DNA from: Octopus bimaculoides
Lineage: Eukaryota
Assembly (NCBI RefSeq): GCF_001194135.2
Contig: NC_069000.1
Coordinates: 17,099,256-17,162,431, forward strand
Direction of reading: 5' to 3'
Length of the DNA: 63,176 nucleotides
The position numbers were made by a program, and so were the translations under genes. Below, one piece after another: positions 36,091 to 48,955 of this stretch; position 1 is the first letter of the stretch; the number at the start of each line of letters is the position of its first letter. The notes under the pieces were generated by a model. The model had not been told where the DNA came from, did not search any database, and was given only the letters and a program-made list of their open reading frames with translations.

Positions 36091-37549
36091 ATAGTTTTAG
36101 GGAAAAGAACCAAGGTTCATGAACTCATCGATGAAAATCCACTGTCACATATAGAAAAATTAGTCAGTAAAAGCACAATAAATAAGTATAATATAATGCT
36201 TTTAATTATTAATTTTTCTATAGTTAGTTTTTGTTTGTGGCAGATGTTCAGATGTTCAGGTGCAATAAAGACTGCAAACAAACAGGAAACAACTTCTATC
36301 TCATTCCAGGGTGAAAAACTAGAGGTAGTCGATAGCTTCCGCTATCTGGGCGACCAAGTTAGTAGTGGGGGTGGGTGCGCTGAAAGTGTAGCTGCTAGAA
36401 TAAGAATAGCCTGGGCAAAGTTTAGAGAGCTCTTACCCCTGCTGGCGACAAAGGGACTCTCACTCAGAGTAAAAGGCAGACTGTATGACGCATGCGTACG
36501 AACAACCATGCTACATGGCAGTGAAACATGGGCTGTAACTNNNNNNNNNNNNNNNNNNNNNNNNNNNNNNNNNNNNNNNNNNNNNNNNNNNNNNNNNNNN
36601 NNNNNNNNNNNNNNNNNNNNNNNNNNNNNNNNNNNNNNNNNNNNNNNNNNNNNNNNNNNNNNNNNNNNNNNNNNNNNNNNNNNNNNNNNNNNNNNNNNNN
36701 NNNNNNNNNNNNNNNNNNNNNNNNNNNNNNNNNNNNNNNNNNNNNNNNNNNNNNNNNNNNNNNNNNNNNNNNNNNNNNNNNNNNNNNNNNNNNNNNNNNN
36801 NNNNNNNNNNNNNNNNNNNNNNNNNNNNNNNNNNNNNNNNNNNNNNNNNNNNNNNNNNNNNNNNNNNNNNNNNNNNNNNNNNNNNNNNNNNNNNNNNNNN
36901 NNNNNNNNNNNNNNNNNNNNNNNNNNNNNNNNNNNNNNNNNNNNNNNNNNNNNNNNNNNNNNNNNNNNNNNNNNNNNNNNNNNNNNNNNNNNNNNNNNNN
37001 NNNNNNNNNNNNNNNNNNNNNNNNNNNNNNNNNNNNNNNNNNNNNNNNNNNNNNNNNNNNNNNNNNNNNNNNNNNNNNNNNNNNNNNNNNNNNNNNNNNN
37101 NNNNNNNNNNNNNNNNNNNNNNNNNNNNNNNNNNNNNNNNNNNNNNNNNNNNNNNNNNNNNNNNNNNNNNNNNNNNNNNNNNNNNNNNNNNNNNNNNNNN
37201 NNNNNNNNNNNNNNNNNNNNNNNNNNNNNNNNNNNNNNNNNNNNNNNNNNNNNNNNNNNNNNNNNNNNNNNNNNNNNNNNNNNNNNNNNNNNNNNNNNNN
37301 NNNNNNNNNNNNNNNNNNNNNNNNNNNNNNNNNNNNNNNNNNNNNNNNNNNNNNNNNNNNNNNNNNCTCTGCCAAATCAGACTGGAGCCTGGTGTTGCCA
37401 TCCGGTTTCACCAGTCCTCAGTCAAATCGTCCAACCCATGCTAGCATGGAAAGCGGACGTTAAACGATGATGATGATGATGATGATGATATGTGACAGTG
37501 GATTTTCATCGATGAGTTTATGAACCTTGGTTCTTTTCCCTAAAACTAT
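36091..37549. mobile_element. MITE with 61-bp TIRs, interrupted by an RTE insertion
   Basis: 36091-36151 vs reverse complement of 37489-37549: 61 bp, 1 mismatch; TA-rich outer flanks. Confidence 0.75.
36232..37488 (+). mobile_element. Young 5'-truncated RTE LINE (gap 36541-37366)
   Basis: Open frame GEKLEVVDSFRYLGDQVSSGGGCAESVAARIRIAWAKFRELLPLLATKGLSLRVKGRLYDACVRTTMLHGSETW; 3' UTR and (GAT)n tail. Confidence 0.92.
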
Positions 37550-37649
37550 ATATATATTTAATACTGTGAAACTTAATTTAATTTTAATTTTTAATAAATT
37601 GATTTTAATTGAGTTTTTACCTGTAATTTTGGATTTTTATCCCTAATAT

Positions 37650-37686
<37 letters not shown>

Positions 37687-37805
37687 GCATACACAAATTT
37701 AACACATCCTGTAATTCAAATACTATAACAACATATAAACAAATATATTTTACACCTATAATATATACAACAGACATATAGTCCGCAGTTGCAAGCATAC
37801 ACATA

Positions 37806-37857
<52 letters not shown>

Positions 37858-38390
37858 ATCTTGATCTATTATAAATAGCAGTCAAATTTCTCTTACCCCA
37901 CTATTTAAAAAAAAAAGAAAAAGATTGAACATTAGACATGGGTAACCCTAGATCCTTCTGGAAGAATGAATGTTGTTTAACGAAATATCTGCACATTCTG
38001 GTCTAAGTCTACCTTGGGTTAAACAACAAAATACATATTTATAATACCTATAAAAAATACAGAAAGAATATACACAAACGCCATTTCCAACCCCCACCCC
38101 AACATGCACACTCTAATCAAACATACCTGTCTTCTCTCTTCCCTGTCTCTCTCACACACTTCAATGAAGTTAGTTGACCTAAATTTTTTAAGCCACAACA
38201 TAATATGACAAAAATAGAAAGGTAAATATGCAATGGATTCAGTAATGTAGGACACTGGCTATTGAAATGATGTGACATGCACACACACACACACACACAC
38301 ATCAATAGAAAGAATCTGTATAGCCCAGACAAACATATATATATACACACACGCACACATCCAGAACAATACACCCACCTTTAATTATGT

Positions 38391-38421
<31 letters not shown>

Positions 38422-38800
38422 AAATTATACACACTAACATTATAAAAGACTGATGTAAATTATATATATATAAGTGTAGGTGGAGATTATTTATATATAT
38501 CCACACACAAGGTGGATATATATAAATTTAAGGTGGACAAATTTTATATAGGAGAAACTCTGTATGTGTGTGTGTGAATTATATATGCATAATGCATTAA
38601 AGATGGCTGTATGTATGCATAATTATTTAGGTAAATACAATTTTAAATACACAGTTATAGGGAGCAGGAGAATCATACACATAAAATATTCTAATATACC
38701 TGAAGATCATACTTTCAACACACACACACACAATTCAATATATATGAACACATATATGAACATATGCAAATAAACGTTGACATACACACACACACACACA

Positions 38801-38840
<40 letters not shown>

Positions 38841-39001
38841 AAAGTAGCTTTCTGCAATTTTCTTTCAGTATATTGGAATGCTAAGATCAGCAAATTCTGA
38901 CAAGTTGTAAATGGCGATGAAACTAGTCAGTTAAGCCTGCAATCTAACCATCACCATGAAGCCTATTTTAACAATGAGTCTAAACAGCTATACTTTTTGG
39001 C

Positions 39002-39397
39002 CTTTTATTTCTTTCAGCCATTGGACTGCAACCACGCTGGGGTGCTGCTTTCAAGAGTTTAGTCAAAGAAATCAATGCCTGTACTCTCTTATTTTTCAAG
39101 TCTGGTACCTACTTATTATGTCAGTCACTTTTTTGCCAAACAACTAAGTTATGAGAACACACACAAACAAATCCCAGTGGTCAAGCAGGGGGGGACAAAC
39201 ACAAAGACACATACATATGTATATGACAAGCTTCCACACAGTTTCCATCGATGAAATTCACTAACAAGGCAGTGATGGTCAGCACAGAACTATAATAGAA
39301 GACATTTGCACAAAGTGTCAGGTAGTGGGACAGAACCTAAAACTATGTGGTTGCAAAAAAAGTGGCCTTCTTAAACCACACAGACATACCTGTGTCA
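39002..39397 (-). mobile_element. SINE S1, diverged
   Basis: tttcagccattggactgcaacca...gtagtgggacagaacc..ccacacag. Confidence 0.8.
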
Positions 39398-39894
39398 ATA
39401 TGTTGATTAAAGAGAGACATATGCCTTTAGATGTAGATCTATTCACAACCCATTCTATATGGGTACAGCAGTAATTAATATTGGCCCACCAATCTTGTTG
39501 TAATGGCACAGTCTTGAATTCATTTTGATGAAGTTTTTAATTACTATATTTTGGCATTTTGGAAAGAAGTGTTAGGCAAATCCTGATGAGTTGTGAATAC
39601 ACATTAACTTATAACTTCTCTTCTTGTTCCAAGGTACCACCAATCATTTGATTTAACTGTTTGTGTTGGGGGAGATAGTGGAGAGGAGTGATTATTTTCA
39701 CAGTGAAACATCTTCATCACCTATCATACAAACTCTTAATACACACACACACACACACACATATATGTTATTAGTTGGTCATCCACAAGTCAGAAATAAA
39801 AGCACACTCAATATAAGAAATAAACCATATCTTAATTGAAGTAGAAAATGCAGACTGCTTCACATATAAGAGAATAATTCTTTAAAAAATCATA

Positions 39895-40065
39895 TGATCC
39901 TGGTGTAATCGACTTAATCCCTTTGTCTGTCCTTGTTTGTCCCCTCTATGTTTAGCCCCTTATGGGCAATAAAGAAATAAGAAATGTTAGCACAACGGGC
40001 AAAATGCTTAGTGGTATTTGGTCTGTCTTTGCGTGCTGAGTTCAAATTCCACCGAGGTTGACTTT
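39895..40065 (+). mobile_element. SINE S3 pieces (3' end followed by a 5' part)
   Basis: gtgtaatcgacttaatccc...gaaatgttagcacaacgggcaaaatgcttagtggtatt...gagttcaaattccaccgaggttgacttt. Confidence 0.75.
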
Positions 40066-40785
40066 CTGTCATTTGCTCTGGATTTTGACAACGATGTTAA
40101 AACAGTGACTTTTGAGTAGCATTTTCATCTTGGGGAAAAGATGGAAGTCTGCAGGTGCTAAAAGTGACCAACAGGGTAGGTGCAAAAGTGATACCATGTT
40201 AATTTTGGTGAGGAGAACTCGGTGACAGAATGCATTATTGTCATGAAGAATCCAATTCTTTGTGCACCACAAATCTGGTCACTGAATGTCCTTTCTCAAA
40301 TGCTTCAAAACATTGCAATAGAACTCTCAATTGATGCTTTGGTTCTGGGGGACAAATTCTCAATGCACAATACCAAATTTCCAGGGGTGATGCTTGAGGT
40401 AGGTCTTCCAAATTGCTCATCATCTTCCTAGAAAGTTTTTCCACTTTTGAAGCGCCCATGCTACTCAAAACATTGCGAACGACCCATTGACTCATTGCCA
40501 TAAAGTTGCTGAAGCATGCTCAAATGTCTCTGTAGCAGACTTCTCAAGTTTAATGCAAAATCTCACGTTGGCTCTTTGTTCCTGTCCATGACAAAGTCGC
40601 AGACTTCAGCATACACATGATCACAAAAACACAAATTTCAAAACTTGCAAAGTAAACACAGTGATATCACTTGGCACACTGCCTTATGAAAGTCACTGCC
40701 AGCTCTCGCTGCACACACACCCATGTGCTGTCACCTGTTGGTGCGCTACAGAACTAGTCCAGGAACGTTTTGATACCACATCATA
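40066..40785 (-). mobile_element. Internally deleted mariner (DD34D-type) relic
   Basis: TIR-like TA-TGATGTGGTATCAAAACGTTCCTGGACTAGT at 40785-40753; N-term EQRANVRFCIKLEKSATETFE..CFE..RFKSG..LEDDE..GRP; C-term WILHDNNA..H..LAPADFHLFPKMK. Confidence 0.85.
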
Positions 40786-41248
40786 GAATGCAAAGTGAGG
40801 GGATGGTGGTACACATAGTAGATTTCTTTATTGAGAGAAGGGTGTAAGGGGATAATATTCTTGAGATAAAGTTTGTTTTTGCACCAATAAATACATTAAA
40901 CTACAACATGAAAACCAAAGGTGATCACCAAGAGTAGAGCCCTCCTATAACTAATAAATAATATCCTTAGTTGGAAAATGAAATGAGAACAATGTACTTT
41001 AGTACAAAGATAAATTTCCACTTATATTGTGTCACTTCTTAATTAGTTGTGCAATTTGTCTGTCCAGAGCATTTCCATAAATTTGTCCTAATGCACATGT
41101 TTGTTTTCAGACTTTTAGTTAACCCTTATTTCATATTTTGGATTTGGTTTGCAAGATTCTTTTTGTGATTTCATGTGTTGAAGCATATTCTGTTGTGTCT
41201 GGGGAGAGTAATTTTTCTTATTGTGCCTTAAAATTTAACACACTCACC

Positions 41249-41399
41249 GGTAAAATTTCCACTTATTTTTATTTTTATTTTCCTAAAATTTTCGTTGCGT
41301 CTCGCAACCTTATCAATAGTTAAGACTATTGATAAGGTTGCAAGACGCAACGAAAATTTTAGGAAAATAAAAAAAAGAAAAATAAGTGGAAATTTTACC
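41249..41399. repeat. Near-perfect 151-bp palindrome (about 72-bp arms, 4-nt loop)
   Basis: ggtaaaatttccacttattt...caatagt-taag-actattg...aaataagtggaaattttacc. Confidence 0.92.
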
Positions 41400-42009
41400 T
41401 TATTTCATATGTTCTGAATAATATAAAACTTTCTTTTCCTTAGTTCCAAGTTACTCTAGAGGTTACGAATAATTGGAAATGTATATGATATATAATGCAC
41501 AGACATCAGAGATATATGTTATGCGTGTCGTATGAGATACAAAGGAGATACAAAGGGTTAATCATGCGTATCCTAGTTTTCAGAATAGGTACACTATATC
41601 TCTGAATGTTGTAGGAGGCAACTAAAAGAATAAACAACAGGAAAGGCAATAGGGTATAAAATGCTACTGCAAAACGTTCTACCAATCATGCCAGCATAAG
41701 AAAAGCAGATAGAAAATGATGGAGATGATTGTGTGCGTGTGTGTGTTTGTGCGTGTGTGTGTTTGTGTATGAGTGCATGTGTTTATGTCTACACCAGCCT
41801 AAAAACCAATTTTGTCTATGTTGTGTACGTTATTAAAACTACACTTAACCAAGCAGTTTAAAAACTAGAGATCAATAAAATATGTGTACAAAATAAAATA
41901 ATTACTGCAGTGAGGAGTTGGACTAAACTTTGGGAAAATGTGTCAACTGCTGATGATTCTAACCCACAACCAAAAGACTGAAACCAGTAAGAGAATCACA
42001 CACACACAC

Positions 42010-42392
42010 TTTTCTTTCACTTGTTTCAGTCGTTTGACTAATGGCCATGCTAGAGTACTGCCTTCAGACAAACAAAATGACCCCGGGACTTATTCTTTGT
42101 AAGCCCAGAATTTATTCTATTATCCCTTTTGCTGAACCACTAAGTTACAGGGACGTAAACACACTAACACCAGTTGTCAAGCAATGGTGGAGGGACAAAC
42201 ACAGGCACACAGACACACACACACACACAAAACAAGCTTCTTTCAGTTTCTGTCAACCAAATCCATTCACAAGGCTTTGGCCAGCCTAAAGCTATAATAG
42301 AAGACACTTGCCCAAGGTACCACACAGTGGGACTGAATCCAGAACCATGTGGTTGGGAAGTAAGCTTCTTACCACATAGTCACTCCTGCACC
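42010..42392 (-). mobile_element. SINE S1, near full length
   Basis: Aligns with 59766-60166. Confidence 0.9.
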
Positions 42393-43261
42393 TATACGTA
42401 TACATATGTACACACATATATATACACAAATTTATATATATTGTATATATGGTTCATGTGTGTGTATGTATATACACACACATACATATGTATATCCCAT
42501 ATAAATATTTATATATGTATAACTTGTTTTTAAACAGTTGTCACACAACAGAGATTGTACAGGTGACCTGTCTAACCTACTCTTCATAAAACTGTAAAAT
42601 ACAAAGGCAAATAGAGAAAAAAGCATGCTGATATGCGCACCGTATTTCAAAGCATGCACAAATAGAAATTCAATGTGCCTATCTGATAAAAAAACAATGC
42701 AAAATGTTAACAGGAGTGGTAGTGGTGACATTGATAAGCTCACAGTTAATCTTAGTGATATGGTGGCGGTGGTAACAATAGTGACAAGGTGGTTGGAGTG
42801 ATGAACTGAAAGAGAGGGTAGTGAATGTTCTGATCTTCCTAGTTTGGTTTACTAATCTAACTGTGCTAAGCACACTACTACTACTGTTGCTACTACTGCT
42901 GTTGCCACTAAGCATCACTACTAAAATTACAACTACTAAGATTGCTGTTATCAGACAAGCTCTCTAAACTCCATTACTGCTGTTACTAAAGTTTCACTTA
43001 GCAACAACCTCACACACTAAGCTATGTACACCACTCTACTTACTGTCTAAAACCTTCTTTGCATATAAAAACACACGCGTTAAAACACTCAACTTTTCAT
43101 GCGTTAGTCAAAGACACAACAGAAAGTATAACTTTTCCATTTAAAGAGGAAACAGAGATTGAAATAAAGCCAAAATAAAATCCATTTTGCTCACAGAAAT
43201 GCATACACACACATAAATGATATGTGTACACATCTATACAAATATGTGTGTATATATATTC

Positions 43262-43423
43262 TTTTGCTCTTTTATTTATTTCAGTCAGTTGACTGTGGCC
43301 ATGTAGGAGCACTGCCTTTAGTCAAACAAATTAACCCCCAAACTTATTCCTTGTAAGCTTAGTACTTATTTTATTGGTCTCTTTTCCAGAACTGCTAAGT
43401 TACAAGGGACAAACACAGACACA

Positions 43424-43470
<47 letters not shown>

Positions 43471-43622
43471 GGCAGGCTTCTTTCAGTTTCTGTCTGCCAA
43501 ATCAACTCACAAGGCTTTGGTCAGTCTGAGGCTTTAGCAACAGATGCTTGCCCAAGGTGCTATGCGGTGGGACTGAACCCAGAACCATGTGGTTGGTAAG
43601 CAAGATACTTATCACACAGCCA
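43262..43622 (-). mobile_element. SINE S1
   Basis: tttcagtcagttgactgtggccatg...gggactgaacccagaaccatgtggttggtaagcaag..cacacagcc. Confidence 0.9.
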
Positions 43623-43625
43623 TAT

Positions 43626-43717
43626 ATATCATCATCATCGTTTAACGTCCGCTTTCCATGCTAGCATGGGTTGGACAATTTGACTGAGGACTGGTGAAAC
43701 CGGATGGCAACACCAGG

Positions 43718-43722
<5 letters not shown>
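43626..43722 (-). mobile_element. RTE 3' end
   Basis: atcatcatcatcgtttaacgtccgctttccatgctagcatgggttggac...caccaggctc. Confidence 0.88.
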
Positions 43723-43753
<31 letters not shown>

Positions 43754-43755
<2 letters not shown>

Positions 43756-44103
43756 CACAGGCATGGCTGTGTGGTAAGTAGCTTGCTGACCAACCACATG
43801 GTTCCAGGTTCAATGCTTCTGCGTGATACCTTGGGCAAGTGTCTGCTACTATAGCCTCAAGCCAACCAAAGCCTTGTGAGTGGATTTGGTAGACAGAAAG
43901 TGAAAGAAATCTGTTATGTGTGTGTGTGTCTGTCTGTCTGTCCCCCCACCATTGCCTGACAACCGATGTTGGTGTGTTTATGTCCACGTAACTTAGTGGT
44001 TCGGCATAAGAGACCGATAGAATAAGTCCTGGGGTCGATTTGTTCAACTAAAGGTGGTGCTCCAGCATGGTTGCAGTCAAATGACTGAAACAAGTAAAAG
44101 AAT
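43754..44103 (+). mobile_element. SINE S1
   Basis: gcacaggcatggctgtgtggtaagtagcttgc...ccttgggcaagtgtct...gactgaaacaagtaaaag. Confidence 0.9.
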
Positions 44104-45055
44104 GTACATACATATATATATATATCTATATATATATATATATATGTGTGTGCATACACACATCTATGTATACACAGACCTATATACACATTTATGTGTA
44201 TACAAATATACACAGTTGCACAAGCACACATAAATACGAGAGAGGGAGAGAGTATGTATGCCTATGTGTATATATGTACACACACACACACACACACACA
44301 CACACCCAGATACCCGTGTGTATGGCTGTAAATGTGTGTGTGCATGTGTTGTTAAATTTTGTGCTTATAAAGTGGGCAAAAAAGTCTTCATTGTCTAAAG
44401 TGTGTATGTATCAGTAGAAGTTGAAGCTTCTTAGAAAAGTAACTGATGATTAAGAATATTGTATGCAACTATATATATATTACAGACACCGTGCATATAA
44501 ACGGATCATTTTCAGCATATAAACGATCATTTTCAGCATATAAATAACAAATGAATAGGACTGGGAGGGGTGTGCGAAATACACCCCATCCCTGCACCTT
44601 CCGATCAAGTGTTCCCACAAACACATTTCTGAAAGTGTGTGAAAAACAAATATATCTCAAACACTGAAGTACAGACAAACACCACTTCAATATAACAACG
44701 TATATATACACACCCATCCCATTAAATGCCTCTCCCTTTACCCCCACACATCCTCTAACAGGGGTATACACACCTGAGGGATTGTCATGTAACCCAATCT
44801 TTCATTCCTCCGCCACCACTACCACCAACACCGCTGCCACCACCATCACCACCACCGTTTATCAATACCTGACATATTTAAAACAATATTCTATTCAGAG
44901 ATATCAATTGATTCCATTCTGGCTGTCTACTTTTTCTGTCAGTCTCTTATTTCTATTTCTCTGCAACAACCACGCCCACTGGGCTTAGTCACTAAAGACA
45001 CTGCAGGTACCACCACCACCACCACCACCACTACCAGTCAATAATAACACAAATT

Positions 45056-45093
<38 letters not shown>

Positions 45094-45566
45094 GTGAGTG
45101 AATATAAATCTGTGAATTAAGCACATCATGTGATCAATGTAGCTTTCTATGAAGCCAATAATTTGTTTCCTGTATTACTAACAGTGAGAGAGTTGACACG
45201 GATGGTGTCTGTAGATCTGTATAGAACTCTGGAAAAGCACAGGGGCTGGGGGGGGGGTTCAATTACTGATACAAAAATGTGCAAGCATCATCATCATCAT
45301 CATCATCATCATGTCCACTTGTTCTTATTCAGAGTGATTGCCTTTCTAGAAGGATCAAAGGATCACATTTTGCTCATAGCTTCCATTTCTAGTACAGTTT
45401 TTGTGGCTGAATGTGCTTTCTGTAACCAATCATGTTACAGAGTGTACATTTTATTACGACACCAGTACTAAAGGGGTTGTCATATTGTCTCTGCTCATCC
45501 ACCAACCAAACAACCAATCAACCAGCCAACCAACTAACCACTCGATGCATATTATTGTGGCATCCA

Positions 45567-45956
45567 CTTTTTTGCTGGCACTCCGTTGCTTACAACGTCG
45601 AGGGTTCCAGTTGATCCAATCAACGGAACAGCCTGCTTGTGAAATTAACGTGCAAGTGGCTGAGCACTCCACAGACACGTGTACTCTTAACGTAGTTCTC
45701 GGGGAGATTCAGCGTGACACACAGTGTGACAAGGCTGGCCCTTTGAAATACAGGCACAACAGAAACAGGAAGTAAGAGTGAGAGAAAGTTGTGGTGAAAG
45801 AGTACAGCAGGGTTCGCCACCATCCCCTGCCGGAGCCTCGTGGAGCTTTAGGAGTTTTCGCTCAATAAACACTCACAACGCCCGGTCTGGGAATCAAAAC
45901 CGCGATCCTATGACCGCAAGTCCGCCGCCCTAACCACTGGGCCATTGCGCCTCCAC
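45567..45956 (-). mobile_element. SINE S2, full length, 11-bp TSD
   Basis: TSD TGTGGCATCCA at 45556-45566 and 45957-45967; intact A and B boxes. Confidence 0.93.
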
Positions 45957-46257
45957 TGTGGCATCCATACCCAAGATTATAGAAGCTGACTGACCTATAA
46001 TGTGACGTGTTCATGCTTGTTTGCTCCAATGATTATTGCGGCCAGAGTGAATAGAAGAAAGAGTGATGACAACAGCCATGGTGGGTAAGAGAAAAGAGCA
46101 AGAAAATGTGATGGCGGAAGCAGAGTGATTATGGAGAGAGAGAGAAAGATGGACAATGACAGAGGTAGATATTAAAAGAAATGAGAAGTTGATGTTAGTA
46201 ACAAGTCGACAGAAGGGAGCGAATCATGACTTGCTGTACAGGAAGGATCATGGTGGA

Positions 46258-46315
<58 letters not shown>

Positions 46316-46332
46316 NNNNNNNNNNTGGTGGA

Positions 46333-46396
<64 letters not shown>

Positions 46397-46857
46397 AATA
46401 ATATATATATATTTGCATAGATATATGCATACATGTTCAAAATTACATATATATGTAAGGTACAGGATATCACAAGACATAAACAAATATGAAATACAAA
46501 AACATGGAATACAAACATTTTTAATGGAAATGTTGTTTTTTAGTCCTAGATGAGCAACTAGCCCTGCAGACCTAACCTGTTAACAAACCAGCCCTGTCTG
46601 TCCCAAATATTCTACCTGTTGTATGTAAAAAAAATACAGAGAGTTTTCATCAGGGTGACTCAAACTAATAATTATACACTCTGAGTGTCCAAATTGGTAT
46701 GCCACTAAAATTCCAATTTGAACTGCAGCTGATGTGATTTTATAACTGCTCTTTCTAAAACAGCTAGAAGTGGCTTCCCTTTGAGTCAGTAGGTATAAGT
46801 TAAAGCCTAAAAGCTAAGGCTAATAGGTTGGCAAAGCTTGACAATAAAGCTATATTA

Positions 46858-47035
46858 ATATAACCTGTTTTATGTTCAAACCAGCCAAATGCGGCCTCAC
46901 ACACTTATCCTACAATGCCATTCTAAAAAGATCTTCAATGAAATCATAACTTCATTATGAACAGGATTGATTTAAAACAACGAGAACAAATAAGCATTAC
47001 ATTTATGAGAGTAACCTGAATGATAAAGGATTAAA
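46858..47035 (+). mobile_element. piggyBac-type MITE (family P2), partial
   Basis: cctgttttatgttcaaacc.gcc...aataagcattacattt...aaaggattaa; aligns with the reverse complement of 62213-62455. Confidence 0.6.
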
Positions 47036-47332
47036 TGACTGAAGATAATCCATCTACAAGCATATAGAAAGAAACCAACCATTCATAGTATCAGCTGGGG
47101 GAAAATACCTCAAAGTAGTGCTCTGCATATTAAATGCTATTACAGTAGAGTCTCACACATCTGGAGCATTGAGAGTTGAGAAACTTAGATCAACTGAAAT
47201 CTAAGAAATTAGCAGAAAAAATACTTTTCCTGGAGTTGCTTAAAATGTAGAATCTTATAAGGGAGATAACTGTAGTTAGATCAGCATCAGTATATTCCTT
47301 CTGTCTCTTTTATGAACACACATAATCTTCCT

Positions 47333-47915
47333 TCATCTTTTCCTTGTTTCAATCATCAGACTGAAAGCCATGATGGAGTACTGTCTTGAGGAGTTTAGTC
47401 AGACAAATTAACCCAAGTACTTCTTTTTAAGTTTGATATTTATTCTATCGGTCTCTTTTGCCAAATCAGTATGTTACCAAGACATGAACCAAACCACCAC
47501 CAATTGTCAAATGGTAGGGCATGGAAACACAAAGACACACACACACACACATACTAAGGTTTCCACACAGTTTCCATAAACCAAATTTATACACAATGTA
47601 TTTGCAGACCCATCTTGCAGCCAACCCTTACCTGTTTCCAAGCAAGAGAATAATTTCCTTATGATCAGACATGTTCCTGCAGAATACTGGAAATAAATGG
47701 CACTGCTTGTACAATAGCAATGCTTGTTTACAACAATCACACAATGTTAAGACAAAGAGACACACAAACATGCAGACACAATATACAACGGGCTTCTTTC
47801 AGTTCCTGTCTATCAAATCCACTCTCAAGGCTTTGGTTGGCTCAGGACTATAGCAGAAGACATTTACCCAAGGTGCCATGCAGCAGAACTGAACCGGGAA
47901 CTATGAGGTTGGAAG
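47333..47915 (-). mobile_element. Two partial SINE S1 copies (47333-47595, 47745-47915)
   Basis: acttattctatcggtctcttttgcc-type and ggcttctttcagttcctgtctatcaaatccactc motifs. Confidence 0.75.
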
Positions 47916-48074
47916 CCACATCTACACTTACAATAGTTATCATTATTATTGTTGATCTCACCCTACTACTCAAAGTAAATCTCTAATTGTTTCTTGTGTA
48001 TTGTTTTCTTTTGTATTTTGTCTGTACTTTAGCCAGTATATTTCATATTTGTGAACAATAAAAAACATTACCAT

Positions 48075-48640
48075 CATTAAAATACTTTGCAGTGTTTGTT
48101 CCGACTTCTTACATTCTGAGTTCAAATCCTGCTGAAATCAACTTTGATTCTGTCAAGGATTATAAACAATGTACCAGTCTAGTTAGTTGTTGTTAGCACT
48201 CCGTCGGTTACGACATTGAGGATTCCAGTTGATCCGATCAACGGAACAGCTTGCTCGTGAAATTAACATGCAAGTGGCTGAGCACTCCACAGACACGTGT
48301 ACCCATAATGTAGTTCTCAGGGATATTCAGCGTGTCACAGTGTGACAAGGCTGACCCTTTGAATTACAGGCACAACAGAAACAGGAAGTAAGAGTGAGAG
48401 AAAGTTGTGGTGAAAGAGTACAGCAGGGTTTGCCACCATCCCCTGTCAGAGCCTCGTGGAGCTTTAGGTGTTTTCGCTCAATAAACACTCACAACGCCCG
48501 GTCTGCAAATCGAAACCGCAAGTCCCCTGCCCTAACCACTGGGCCTCCACAGTCTAGTTAGTACCAAGATCAATCCAATCAACTAAATCCCCTTCTCAAA
48601 AGGGCAGGCTTTGTGCCTAAACCAAAAATGATTATTATCT
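48075..48640 (+). mobile_element. SINE S3 split by an S2 insertion
   Basis: 5' part ttctgagttcaaatcctgctgaaatcaacttt; 3' part gatcaatccaatcaact..ggctttgtgcct..attattat resumes after the TSD. Confidence 0.7.
48188..48549 (-). mobile_element. SINE S2, 13-bp TSD
   Basis: TSD CAGTCTAGTTAGT at 48175-48187 and 48550-48562. Confidence 0.92.
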
Positions 48641-48955
48641 TCCAGGTGAGGTCAGACAACCCTTCATGCTTCCTTCTGTAGTTTATAAAATAAGTACCAG
48701 TAGTAAAATAGAGTCTTCTCCAAAAATGTATGTCCTTGAACTGGATTTAGAAATATTATTTTCTTTGAAAGCCTTGAACAACACTAGCAAGATTTTTAGT
48801 TTCCCTGCTCAAAATTCATGACAATGGCTCACTTGAGTTATTTCCCTTAGCTTTTATTTTTAATTATGTGAGTATGCCACTACCTCCAGACTAAAAAAAA
48901 AAAAATACTTTCATGAATCTTACAGAAGTCATTTTGCAATCTTATTGGTCTAGAC

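Noticed and set aside
46240-46392. Tandem duplication of tggtggag(tg)n(ta)n
   Set aside because: The two copies flank a 10-N gap; most likely an unmerged contig overlap.
42520-47686. Phase-compatible chain of minus-strand mini-exons (47632-47686, about 45186-45231, about 42520-42593)
   Set aside because: The joined peptide resembles nothing I recognise, the last donor is weak, and phase agreement can arise by chance.
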